A stretch of DNA of 64,000 nt from Hemiscyllium ocellatum. Its lineage: Eukaryota. Location: the NCBI RefSeq assembly GCF_020745735.1, contig NW_026867487.1, positions 4,357,239 to 4,421,238 of the forward strand, written 5' to 3'. The position numbers were made by a program, and so were the translations under genes. Under the pieces are notes generated by a model. The model saw only the letters and a list, made by a program, of their open reading frames with translations. It made no database searches and was not told the DNA's origin. Positions 23,926 to 36,267 of the stretch are shown here, piece by piece (position 1 is the stretch's first letter; each line of letters begins with the position of its first letter).

Positions 23926-23964
23926 CACAGTGACAGAAAGGAGTGAAAGCCTTGTACAATAACT
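23926..23964 (+). promoter_or_regulatory. 23-RSS of VA2
   Basis: CACAGTG + 23 nt + ACAATAACT. Confidence 0.92.
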
Positions 23965-24010
23965 GCCGCGTGTTTCTGGGTCACAGCTGCTGTGGTTGAT
24001 GGCTGTTTGT

Positions 24011-25770
24011 AACAGTAGGTTACAGACTTAGGCTTCATTTTCCTGTGAAGAATATGTGCCAGAGGACAGATCCCGTCATCAGCATTTACACTTGTTCACT
24101 TGGAATGTTGCTTCTGATTCTTGCATCGTGTGATGACCGATTACCCTATTGTTTATTTGGGAATGTCAAGGAACTCCTCACTCAATTTCATTGAGAATAA
24201 AATAAGTGCAGTTGACCAGGCACTAACCATTTCCATGTACCGCCCTTTTTGAAATGAAATGGAACAAATAATTTTCAACGTGAAATTGCTTAATGGGGAG
24301 TAGAAAGTAGTCATCATGTCAGAACAATCTTAACATTTAAACAAACCCAACGGAGCAACTATTAAAATACTAACAATAAAGATTACATTCTACAACGTAA
24401 CAAGGTAAAAGGGCGATATTCTCAGGATATGATGAGAGGATAATAACAATGATATTGACAGCAATAATCTGGAAGGACAGGCGTGGGGTTCTCTTGGAAT
24501 ACCTGTTCAGAAATCCGAGGGAATATAAAAGCCTTTTAATTTTTAAATGTACTAACTGTGCAGAACATTGGAAGGACGTTTAGATGTTTGCACTCACCAG
24601 GTAAGGCTGATTAAATAATTGAATAACAATAATTATTTCATTTTTCCGCTTATCAATCCGGTGGTTCTTTCCTGTTTCAGTGAAATATTCAGGAATGACT
24701 GGAAAAGAGTCAGGTCAGATATTTTTGGAGTCTACTCTCTCACAAATCTTTTGAAGTATAAAATGGCATAAAATCCCGAATCATATTTCAACTGAGGTTC
24801 AGAATACATCTTATGTAGGTGGAGCAGAGGAACCCATTTCCAATGCAGCGAGTGTATGGTCATTTCTCAATTCAGTCATTTTCCCGAAAACACATGGAAA
24901 AACACAGTAGGTTACAGATTTAATCTTCATCTTCCCGTGAAGGATATGTCCCTGAGGACAGATCCCGTCATCAGCATTTACACTTGTTCATTTCGAATGC
25001 TGTTTCTGATTCTTGCATCGTGTGAGGACCGAATACCCTATTGTTTATTTGGGAATGTCAAGGAACACCTCATTCAATTTCATTGAGAATAAAATATGCG
25101 CAGTTTGCCTGGCACTAACCATTTCCGTGTACCGCCCCTTTTTCAATGTGTAATTGCTTCATGGGGAATAGAAAGCAGTCATCCATGTGAGAAGAATCTT
25201 GATATTTAAACAAACCCAGTTGAACAACTATTATAATATTAACAATAAAGGTTACCTTCTCCAACGTAACAATGTAAACGTGCAATATTTTCAGGATATG
25301 ATGAGAGGATAAGAACAATGATATTGACAGCAATAATCTGGAAGGATAGGCGTGGGGTTCTCTTGGAATACCTGGTCAGAAAACCGAGGGAATATAAAAT
25401 CCCTTTGAATTTAAAATGTAATAATTTTGCAGAATATTGGAAGGACGTTTAGATATCTGCACTCACCAGGTAAGTCTGAATTAATAATTGAATAACAATA
25501 ATTATTTAATATTTTCATCTTATCTATCCGGTGATTCTTTCCTGTTTCAGTTAAATATTCAGGAATGATTGGAAAAGTGTCAGGTCAGATATTTTTGGAT
25601 TCTAGTCTCTCACAAATCTTTTGAGGTATAAATTGGCATGAAATCCCGAATCACACTTTAAAGGAAGTTCAGAATACACCTTATGTAGGTAGAGCAGAGG
25701 AACCCATCTCCAATGCAGCGATTATATGGTCATTTCTCAATTCAATTATTTTCCAGAAAACACATGGAAA
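24011..25770 (+). repeat. Unit-2-specific tandem duplication (~24011-24900 and ~24903-25770)
   Basis: The segment AACAGTAGGTTACAG...AACACATGGAAA occurs twice in a row; it is single in units 1 and 3. Confidence 0.9.
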
Positions 25771-27148
25771 GACCCGGTTTTTCTGCATTCTGCACCTCCC
25801 GTGCAACCCCTGATATCTGTTCTGTTCAGTTTGTCACATTACACGTGTGTTTTTTTATTATTGGCTCCCACTGGTTTGCATTACCAGATCCCTTAGCTTG
25901 GAGTATTACACGACGTTGTTGGGACTCTCCAACCCCATGGCATCAATGTGGATTTCACCAATTTCCTCATTTCCTCTTCCTCAACCTATCCCAGTTCCAA
26001 GTGTCAAACTCGGCACTGCCCTCATGATCTGTCCTACCCGTCCATCTTTATTATCCACCTATCCACTCCACCCTACCCTCCGACCAATCATTGTCACCCC
26101 ACCTCCATCTACCGATGCACACAGAACTGCCTCCCCCACCCCACCCCCTCCCACAACCAATTCACTCCCATTTATCCCACCACCTTCTCGGCTCACAGCC
26201 TGATTTCTGAAGAAGGGTCCTTGCCTGAAACGTCAATTTTTCCTGCTCCTTCGATGCTGCCTGGCCTGCTGTGTTTTCAGCTTCCCCGATTTTAATCTCC
26301 AGCCTCTGCCATCCTCCGTTCACCTACGTTGTCAGAGAGCTCAACTTACCTATAGTAAAGTTCTCCTTATATTTCTAAACATCCATCAATGCAGACAATC
26401 GAGCACGAATGCAGTTTGCTGTAACAGCATTCCCATATTTACAAATGTCGATGAAGAATATTGCATCAGTTAGCCGACTCCTGATGGCACATTTCCAAGG
26501 GGTCTTTTACTGAAATAATACTCACAACACATCTTTAGAACTGTGTCACTGTAACCAGCTCCTGTGATATCATATGTGCACAAGTATTATCTAAGGAAAA
26601 AAGAAAGGAAATGATCAAAATAAAGATGATGATCAATGTTATGTAGTTAAAGCTAATATTGCAAGACTAAGAAACATAGCTGAACAGATGATTGTCATAA
26701 CCATGTTCCCAAGCAGTGATCGTATTACAACATACGAACCTACCATTTAAAGGATTTACAGCAGAACAAATAATAAAAGCCAATATGATTTTAGAGCGGA
26801 TGGAGAATGGAACAAGGGATCGAAGCTGAATTGCTTCATTTAAGAATCAATGATGTGTCATGTCCAGTCTCCATGCTAATTAGTTCATTTCTGACACAGT
26901 CACCCAATCGCCTTTCAGCTCCATTGTACGCCAATTCCAGAGACCAACGTGTTGGTAATGTGTACCCCTAATGGGAGCTGGAGGAGTCAATTTAGTCTGT
27001 CGAAATTTCCGCACCAGAAAATGAAGTCGTGGAAGAAATGTTCTCAAGTGTCAGTGTGTGATAAGCTGTAAGGAACAGACATCAATGAGTAGCAGCTGTC
27101 ACCAAGAAAACTGGGGCATTTCTTCTACGATGACTTTACTCATTTCCA

Positions 27149-27450
27149 CCACTGAATTGCGCAGTTAGAGATCACGTGGTCACTCAGCAGGAGCTCCGAT
27201 ATAATTAACTGGTACAACCCATCTGCTTGCTGGAAAGCTTGAGCGCATTAACCTGAGCGAAACCCGCCTTAAACTCAGCAGCACAGCTCGTGCGCCTCCA
27301 GAATGCGACCTCAGACTCTGTGACTGGTCACTGAACATGCAAAAACAAGGCATCAGCGTTACCAGTGTGTGCAGTTAAAAGTGACATCTTCTCCCTCTGT
27401 GTGTGTGAGGGAGGGTTCACTCTGATTGGCATGAACTGCATAGATCAGGT
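27149..27450 (-). pseudogene. Inverted decayed family-A V (psi-VA, unit 2)
   Basis: Paralogue of 3841-4142; FR3 remnant LYQLIISELLLSDHVISNCAI on the minus strand. Confidence 0.8.
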
Positions 27451-30400
27451 CAGGAGCAAGAGAGGAGGAAATGGAAATCCAGAAATTAAACGTTCAGTCG
27501 ATTCAAGTTGAAGATGGAGGTTCATGGGTTACCAACAACAATTGATCGCAGAAAACATCTCATTTGGACAATCAAATCTGTGTCCATGCATGCAATAACC
27601 ACAAGCATCATACCTAATTCATCGCTCATTCTATCTACGAATCAGTCCATCCTTTTCTCCCTGCCAGGTTTTTTTCTTGTCTTCTTTTAACTGCATTTTT
27701 GTTGCTCTCCAAAAACTCCTGGTAGTTATGTCATACTCGTTCTACTTGTTCTCAGCTAAATAATGAATGGTGATGAACTGATTAAGCAAATTCAATATTG
27801 TTTTGTAACCCTTGCTGGAATATGAGTCACGATTATTCACTCACTTTGCTTGCATTACCTATTTGAATGCAGAGCCACGATTGCACTTGTATACCAATTA
27901 ACTGATGAATCGTGACTAAATTCAACTTCTTTTATTACTATGGTTGAAATCTGAGTCAGGATTACTTAGACAATTTGTCGGGATTATTAGCTTGAGAGCA
28001 TAACTACGATGTTGTATAATCCATAGCTAATTTGGTGAAATCACAGACACGATGACAGAGCTCCCACTTGTGGTGAGGACAGAAACATGGCCTGTCTCTG
28101 CAAAATTACTGAATCTTCAAATAATTGAAAGGGGTTAGTGTCTGGTTCCACAAATTATTGTTATTATTGTTAATATTCGAATTGTTATTATCATCATTAT
28201 CATCATCATCACTATCATCACCATTATCATTGTCATCATCACCAACATCACTATCATCACCATCATCATCAAAATAATAATAATTATTATACATCTTAAT
28301 GCAGATGCACAATTGCTCGGAAAAATATCAACTTGTTTTGATTTCCATCTTCTACTGTTTACTTACTTTCAATATCCCAAACGGATCCTTCCAACCAAAG
28401 TAGAACCGCAGTGGTCACCACAATTTCCACATGTTCACACAAATCAAGGCGATAGATGTGATCCTAGTAGTTATGATCAATGTTTTTCCTTACAGTTGAA
28501 ACTTATCCAAGCACCGTGGGTTGTGACTTCTGTGTCAATTATAAGAGCTGACATGATTTCACATCTGCGTTAAAAAGTGAAGCATCAGTCGCTGGAATCT
28601 GCAGATCGTCGATTTAGGAAAGCGTGTCAGAGATTCCTGGGTAGAGGACAAAATAGAAATACGCAGAAAGTTTCAGTTTCCATTGAACAGCAAGTTTGAT
28701 TAACTGCGAGCTGCAGTTTGGAAGGACTGCAGATGCTGGCAGTCAGAGTCCATTAGATGTGGAGATGGGACGAGGCAGGAGGTCAGACAGCATCAGAGGA
28801 GCCAGGAAAAACTATATTGCATGTCGGGCCCCTTCATCTTGACTGATGAAATGTGGAAAATACGACGTACATCCAGGAAAAATGCTACTAGATAACAGAA
28901 CTAATGCTTTTATCAATCACTCAAGTATTAGTACCTAACTGAAGTGCTTTCCCAGAACTTTACCCGCGAGCTGCAAGGACGGGACCAAAACTGGCAAGCA
29001 CCAGACCTGTTAGTCATCATTGCATTTCGATAAAAAAAACTCGAAGCACAATTTGTGTTACTCGGAGAAAATCTCAAATTGTTGGTAGCATGTTAGATTG
29101 CCAAGCATGGAGATGAAATGTCTGAGAGCAAACTCACCAGCTCAGCGAGGAAACCCACAAATTTATCCACGACCTGAGCTACAAATCTTCTGCAAAGTCT
29201 TAATATCAAACATTGTTTAAGATCAATCTCAAGCAGTCTGATTCACAGGTTGTCTGTAGCTTTGACGTTCGCTATTTTTTTGACAGATTTCCAAAAAGAC
29301 ACACGATCTTATTGAGAGTCACTGTCACGTACATTTTCCTGGTGTCATGTCGTAGTCTCTACCGTAGAGATATACAAAGCTTTTTGGCACGATATTGTGG
29401 ATGTGGAAGGTACTTTATCTGATTTCAGAAGCATTCAGTGTGAGGTGCCATTTTCTCCATGGAGAAAGGAAAGGTATACCTGTAAGTCAGGAAAACGGGT
29501 AGCACAAAGTAGAGTTCCCACCCCAAAAGTTGTTACGACAGATGGGCTGCTCAACGGCAAATGGAATTCAATTTGGACAAGTCTGCGGTTGTGTTCTTTG
29601 TTACGACAAACAAGGCAAGGGAATCAATAATAAATGGTAATAGCCCATGAAAGTACCATGGATCAGGGGTATCTCAGTGTGCATGTGCTCCCAGGCCTAA
29701 GGGAATGGTTAAGAATGCAAATGGGATTCGTAGCTTTGTGAGTCACGGTGAAGTTATGAAAGACATAGATCGGGGATAGAGAGACGAACTTTCAACTTGG
29801 TGAAAAGGTCAATGGCCGGGGACATAAATCTAAAGTGAAACACAACTGGTTTAGAGGGTTGTGAGGAAATGTATTTACATCGACAGAATGGGGGAGAATC
29901 TAGAATTAACTGCCTTTAATGGAATTAGAGGCAGGCACACCCATTTAGATGTGCCCTTGCTCCACCAAGGTACACATGCGAGAATAGTTAGTTTTTCTGG
30001 CCAGCGTTTATTCGATTGGATAAAATTATTTTTAATTAGAGAGAGAAAGACAAAAACGAAGGTAGAGGTTTAAAATAAGGATCATCATCTCTTAGGCGAG
30101 GTGAGAGGTTAAGAAGGCGAGTCATTCGTCGTAGTAACCTAAGCTGGTCTATGAATTGAACTCACACGTTTGTAATAAAGTTGCATTGCAAACCTGCCAA
30201 CCAGCCACCTGAACACACCAATCCCCCGAGAATAAGAACACTACATTAATTTATTGAATTAAATACGTTTTCAAGGTATATGTTCAGCGAAGTGAAGAAG
30301 GGACTTTGATAGCTATGCCATGTTCTGAGAAGATCCGAAATGAAGCATGACTTCTTGCATTGCTGTATAATCCGGTGTGGTTCATGCCGGATCATCAAAC

Positions 30401-32791
30401 ATTTGTAGTTATTTTATTTTTGCATAATTATTATGAAGCAAAGAACTTGAAAATTGCGTGAAAAAAGCAAGATCAGCAAATATATGGTATTCAGTGACCA
30501 GGATCTGATATAGATTTTCCACTGTACAAATAATTTTGCGGCATTTCTTAATACAGCACATAATTTACGGTTGAGCCCATAGATGATTGCCAATAATGCT
30601 GCTTACATCTATACTGTAAAGAAGGATGAGTGTTAATCTCGGCGTGTGTGGCAGGTGTTGGAACGACAAAGAAAGAAAGAAAGAAAGAGAGAGTGAAAGA
30701 AAGAAAGAAAGAAACAGGAGAAGGAAAAATGGAAAGAAATAGAGAAAGAAAGAGAGACAAAGAGAAGAGAGACTGAAAGAAAGCAAGAAAGAAAGAAAGA
30801 AGGAAAGAAAGGGAGAGAGAAAGAAAAATTAGAGAAAGAAACAGAAAGAGAGAAAGAAATAGAGAGTGAGCAAGGCAGAGAGAAAGAAAGAAATAAAGAA
30901 AGAAATAAGTTTTAAATGGTAACTAAAAGTGGCAAATATCGGAAAAGAACCTGAAGATATCTCTTCTTGTTCCTTTCTTTACCAAAATAGAGACATTGAG
31001 ATATCATAATTCTCTTTTAGGGATAGACACAAACAACAAACCTGTTATTTCTGGTTCTAGAGAGCGAGTGTTGCGATATACCAATTTGAAATAAGCATTG
31101 CCCAGTCTACTTTACTGTCGAGTGAGGGCATTTCAGCATCTCCAACTTCTCTCCAAACTTTTTCTTGGCTATTGTATAGATGTTATTGCAGGAACACAGA
31201 AACTGCAGCATGTTTTTTTTTTTGTTTCTTGAACGATAGACTGAGTGTCATTGAAATCCAAGCTGCTGACACATCCATGATCTGTAACCTGATTGTGCAG
31301 AAAGTACACAACATAGGTGGCCTGCAAGAGGAGAAAGGTGATCAATATAGTGAAGAGAAGAACAATGGAATTCTTGCGATGAGCCATCTTCTGATCTTTA
31401 CGATTCTCCGAGCCCCGGAGCTTTTGGCGGGCTCTGCTGGCCGCTAAGATATGTCTTACAGTCAGGACATTGAGCAAAGAAATTCGGAAGAAAGGGAGAT
31501 GGGGACTAGGATGTGATCCAGCCAGTCATCTGCCTGCCGGATGAACGTAGTGTAGAAACTGGATTTGATCACGCAGAACCGCAGCACCCTGTCCACAGTG
31601 CACAAATGTTTGAAGACGATGTAGAACAGAACATTCTTGATGCAGCTCAAGAAGCAGACGACTCCTATAACTAGCAATCGGTTTTCTCTCTGCAGTATCT
31701 GGTCTTGAGGCTTTGGCAGCAGATGGACACAAAATGGCCAGTGGTAAAGACAACAGTCAGCCGACTTAGCCATCCCTCATTATATAGGCCTGCACAAAGG
31801 TTTTGTGGAGAGTACACTGTTCCGAAAATAAATGCTTCCAATCCGGTTTAGGATGATAACATTGATGTTACTAAACACACATCAGTTGTCCTTATTGCCA
31901 GGAGGTGCTGGGTGACGCACTGTGAGAGACCATAATGACACAGGCTTAGATTATGATCACCACGAATCTAGCTGCAAAGGGGCAGAAGGGATAGATGCGA
32001 TATAAATGATTCCAAATCCCAACTGCAGTTTCCTTTACTTCATTTTGGAAGTCCCTTCAACTGTTCCTTTTCCATCTATTCATTGACTGTTCTAAATCCC
32101 TTAGTAATTGTTGGTATCGAATAGTGGATTATTCGTTTGTGAATACCTAATGCATTTCAATCAACCTCTCTGAACAATTATACTCTCCAGTGTAACGGTA
32201 GTCTACTATCTACACGCTCTATGTATAGAAAGAGTCCCTTCTGCCCACCAAGTCCACACCAACCTGAAAAACGTTTCCCATCCACTCACACCACACAAAT
32301 CTATCCCTGTAACCCTGCGTTTCCCATGGTTAATCCACCACGGCTACACACTGCTGAGCACTATGGTCAATTTAGCATGGCCAATCTGCTCCTAATCTGC
32401 ACATCGTTGATATGTGGTTGGAAAACGTGAGCACAGAGTAAGCCATGCAGGCACGAGGAGAATGTGCAAACTCCACACAGACAGTCGCCCAAGAATGGGT
32501 TTGAATCTGGGCCGGTGGTGCTGCCAAGTACCAGTGCTAAACATTTAGCCATCAAGCTGCCTTGAAGGGACACTTGTTCTGTGTCACTTCTCTTAGAGAC
32601 TGGTGTTGTCACAATGTGCTAGAATGGCTGTTTCAGAAGCAGTGGGTAAAGAACTTGAAATTTATTGAGCGTTTCTTTATTGAATTAGACGAAGGAAATA
32701 TGAGTGGCTGAAGTCAGGCTCACGCATACCTACAATCTTAGTTTTGTTTTCAACTGGGATTTGGAGTTCACTGTTGAAGCTGATTGACACA

Positions 32792-32863
<72 letters not shown>

Positions 32864-33262
32864 CCTCTCTCTCTTTCTCTCTCTTTATCGTGCTCTCTTT
32901 ATGCTGGTAGATTCAGTTTTACTTTCTCCGGGACTGGAGAGAGCACGTGAGGAAAGTGTCTTTGCTTCATTTGCATTTATGGGATACTGCTGTACACGAC
33001 CAGTGATGATTACTGCTTAAATAATAAATTATTTTATTAAGTTTGTCCATAGAGTTAAAGCTATGCCAATTCTCTCTTTCCTGTTTCACTCTTGCTGTGT
33101 ACTTAGAATAAAGTATGCTTTGCTTAAAGCCTAGTTGTGGAGAAATTAAATTACATCTGGAGCACAACGTCTTGCAGTTGCTTTTGTTTAAATAGAAAGT
33201 CAATTGCTAGGCTATTTCCTTAAAATAATTTGAATATTATATTTACTATTTATTTGTATATG

Positions 33263-33686
33263 CTATTCTACCCTTGAGTTCAGAAGACTGAGAGGGGGCC
33301 TGATTGAGGTATATCAGATTATGGAAGGATGAGACACTCTGGCAGCAGGAAACATGTTTCCACTGATGGGTGAGTGCCGAACCAGAGGACACAGCTTGAA
33401 AATATGGGGTAGACCATTTAGGACGGAGATGAGGAGAAACTTCTTCACCCAGAGAGTGGTGGCTGTGTGGAATGCACTGCCCCAGAGGGCAGTGGAGGCC
33501 CAGTCTCTGGATTAATTTAAGAAAGAGTTGAATAGAGCTCCCAAAGATAGTGAAATCAAGGGTTATGGAGATAAGGCAGGCAGAGGATACTAATTAGGAA
33601 TGATCAGCCATGATCATGTTGAATGACGGTGCAGGCTCGAAGGGCTGAATGGTCTACTCCTGCACATATTGTCTACTGTCTATTGT
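33263..33686 (+). mobile_element. CR1 LINE 3' end, unit-2-specific
   Basis: Starts in the YTLEFRRLRG.LIEVY region, includes CAGAGAGTGGTGGCTGTGTGGAATGCACTGCC and ends in a TTGTCTA-type tail. Confidence 0.85.
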
Positions 33687-34513
33687 ATATTTTCGAAAAT
33701 CTCATGTTGAACAGTAAATGTCAAGAAAGTTCAGTTTTCTTTATTCTATCAAACACCCTGGTAACTTTGAGAAGCTCAGTGAAATTATCCTTAACCTTAC
33801 ATCGATGCGGGCAATCAAATCTTGTCTCACGTGAAACCAACATAACAGTTTTCTTTTATGCTCACGTATTCTCTCGTAATCTGTAAATCTAGGTTCCACA
33901 CAATCATACCCCTTCTTAGGCAAAATCAAAGTCTATCACACCATTTCAACCATATACTCCTTACATTCCCAGTCCCCAGTCCGTCACACTCACTCCCTTC
34001 CTTTATCTGGCTTCACTGCAACAGCTACAATTTGCAGGCTGCAAATCAAACCAATGAGTCTGCTTTGAGGTTTTGGGGATTCAGCGCTTCTTTGTGAATT
34101 CGCCCTGCCCAATTCCAGCGGTTTTATTCATGATCACACAGTGAAGAGTAGCTGAATTCCCATCAGTGGGGAACATCTTATTTATCGTCTTCTCCTCCAC
34201 ATTCTCTGATTTGAACTGTCCTCAGATCGTTGTCTCATGTTTTGAGTTCTTCATCCGAGGTCGGTTTCGTCCTTCAGCTTTTCTAACTTGTTGCCTTTTA
34301 TAGACACCATAATACGTAATTAATTATTTTACCTGTAAAATTTCCGTATTCAGTGCCTATGTATTAAAAAGATGTTTGTCAAAGCTTATCTAATCTCAAA
34401 GGCAAACCCAGTGATGTTGGAATAGGAAGTTGTTGTGGTGAGAACCATGAATAACTGAAGTCACTGAGCTTCTCTCACAATATTACCACTCTTAATCCAT
34501 AATTTGACTTAGA

Positions 34514-34750
34514 ATGTGGTCACTATTTATCTTTTCCTTGCTATACTTCATATAAAACAATTCATTGAGCATCCGTTAGCTCATAGATTATGTGTTTTAT
34601 TGGATATACTTATTCTGATTTTTGATACTTTTTATGTGTTTTGTTCAGGAACGAGCGCCCAAGATTCAGTTTCCCAGCATCCACTTGAATAGACGGTTCA
34701 GGAAGGCCATACTACAACACTGAACTGTCGATACACAACAGCAGCATTAA
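34514..34750 (+). pseudogene. Truncated family-B-like V head (psi-VB', unit 2)
   Basis: Leader-like ATG 34514 with in-frame TAA. Exon from 34649 reads GTSAQDSVSQHPLE*TVQEGHTTTLNCRYTTAA. Confidence 0.8.
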
Positions 34751-35123
34751 TGCCTGAGTATGACGTTAATTTCTGAATTGCCTTTCCACCAGAAATCGTG
34801 AGAAGGATAAACTTGTCAAAAAAACAGAGCCCTTGTGATGCATAAACAAGTAAGTTCAAACGAGATGGAACACCTGAAAATGTGAGGCTGAACAAGGGAA
34901 TGAGAAAGATACGAAAACAACAAAATATGCAATTGGAATGAATATTGTCTTTTATCGTCAACTGTTTCTGTTTCCCCTATAGTTGATGCCACATTTGAAA
35001 ACACAGCCAATCGCAGCAAAGGAAAGCTCTATTCAATTTCCCAAGGAGTGAGGCCATCTCCCGAGGAAAGATAAGAGTCAGCAGACCATTTATTATATAA
35101 TGCTTTCTGTAGAAGCAGATATC

Positions 35124-35564
35124 ATGTGTTTACTGTATTTTTTATTGGTAATAATGGCCGTGGTGCCTGGTAAGTCACAGTACAATTTGAGATTGTATGT
35201 TTAATTGGATATACCTATTCAGATTTTTAACATTTCTTTATGTATTTGTTGCAGGAACGGGAGGCCAAGATTCAGTTTCACAGGATCCATCTGAATGGAC
35301 CGTTCAGGAAGGCCATACTGTGACACTAAACTGTCGTTACAGAGCAGCAGCATCATTTGGAGAAACTCTCTTTTGGTACATCCAGTATCGTTGGGAAGCT
35401 CCGAGATATTTACTGCAGAGATACGATAAGCAGCAAGGTGCCAGATCTATAGATTTCACTGACCGATTTTCTGCTAATTTGAACAAGGAGAAGAAAACAG
35501 TTCCTTTAAATATCTCCGAGGCTCAAATCTCCGACTCTGCCGTCTACTACTGTGCACGGAGCTC
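35124..35564 (+). CDS. TRAV/TRDV: TCR alpha/delta-type V segment, family B copy 2 (leader 35124-35169, V exon 35255-35564)
   Basis: Leader MCLLYFLLVIMAVVP+G with GTAAGT donor. Open exon GTGGQDSVSQDPSEWTVQEGHTVTLNCRYRAAASFGETLFWYIQYRWEAPRYLLQRYDKQQGARSIDFTDRFSANLNKEKKTVPLNISEAQISDSAVYYCARS. Confidence 0.92.
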
Positions 35565-35603
35565 CACATTGACACAGCGAAACAGCCAGCGTGTGCAAAA
35601 ACC
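35565..35603 (+). promoter_or_regulatory. 23-RSS of VB2
   Basis: CACATTG + 23 nt + GCAAAAACC. Confidence 0.88.
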
Positions 35604-36267
35604 GGCAAGACAGCCTTACGTCTCTTTCTGCATAACATCACTGAGCCGAATTATAAATTGTTAACATAATAAAAACAACATTTTATGATTGCCTTGCCCA
35701 ACTGTTTTCTTTTTTTCCATATTGATTCCACTGCATTCTGTTTAAATTCCTCTTTATATTAGGTTAGTGTTATTTTATTACTTACAGTGAGCATGTGTGT
35801 AAATGGCAGATTCTGGTACTAGAATTGCAACAGGACTTATCATTCCTCATTTCCCAAAACAGATATTGATCCCGATAAAGAAGTCAAACTACTATTAATG
35901 CCCAGTTCATTATTCTTTTGTACATCAGCGAGGTGACGTTGTTCTGATGCTGATTTCTTTATTCAGAGCAACGTCGATTGGTTTGTGCATCTTCTTCGAT
36001 ATACGAGAGTTGGGGATAATGCAGAAAGGCGTACACACGATAAATCACCTTACAGAGTAGAGAAACACGATTGAAGTTTCAAATCAAGCCATCCAACTTA
36101 GGGTGGTGATAGTGTGTGAGAAGGAAACGAGAAGTGGTGATAAAGCCAAAAGAGAAAGAAGAGCAATTGGACAGACCTACCAGATGATAACGATCTGACT
36201 ATGCGGGTGAAAATAGCGTTAATGGGGACTTTTAGTGGCTAACAATATGTGTTGAATATTAATAACA

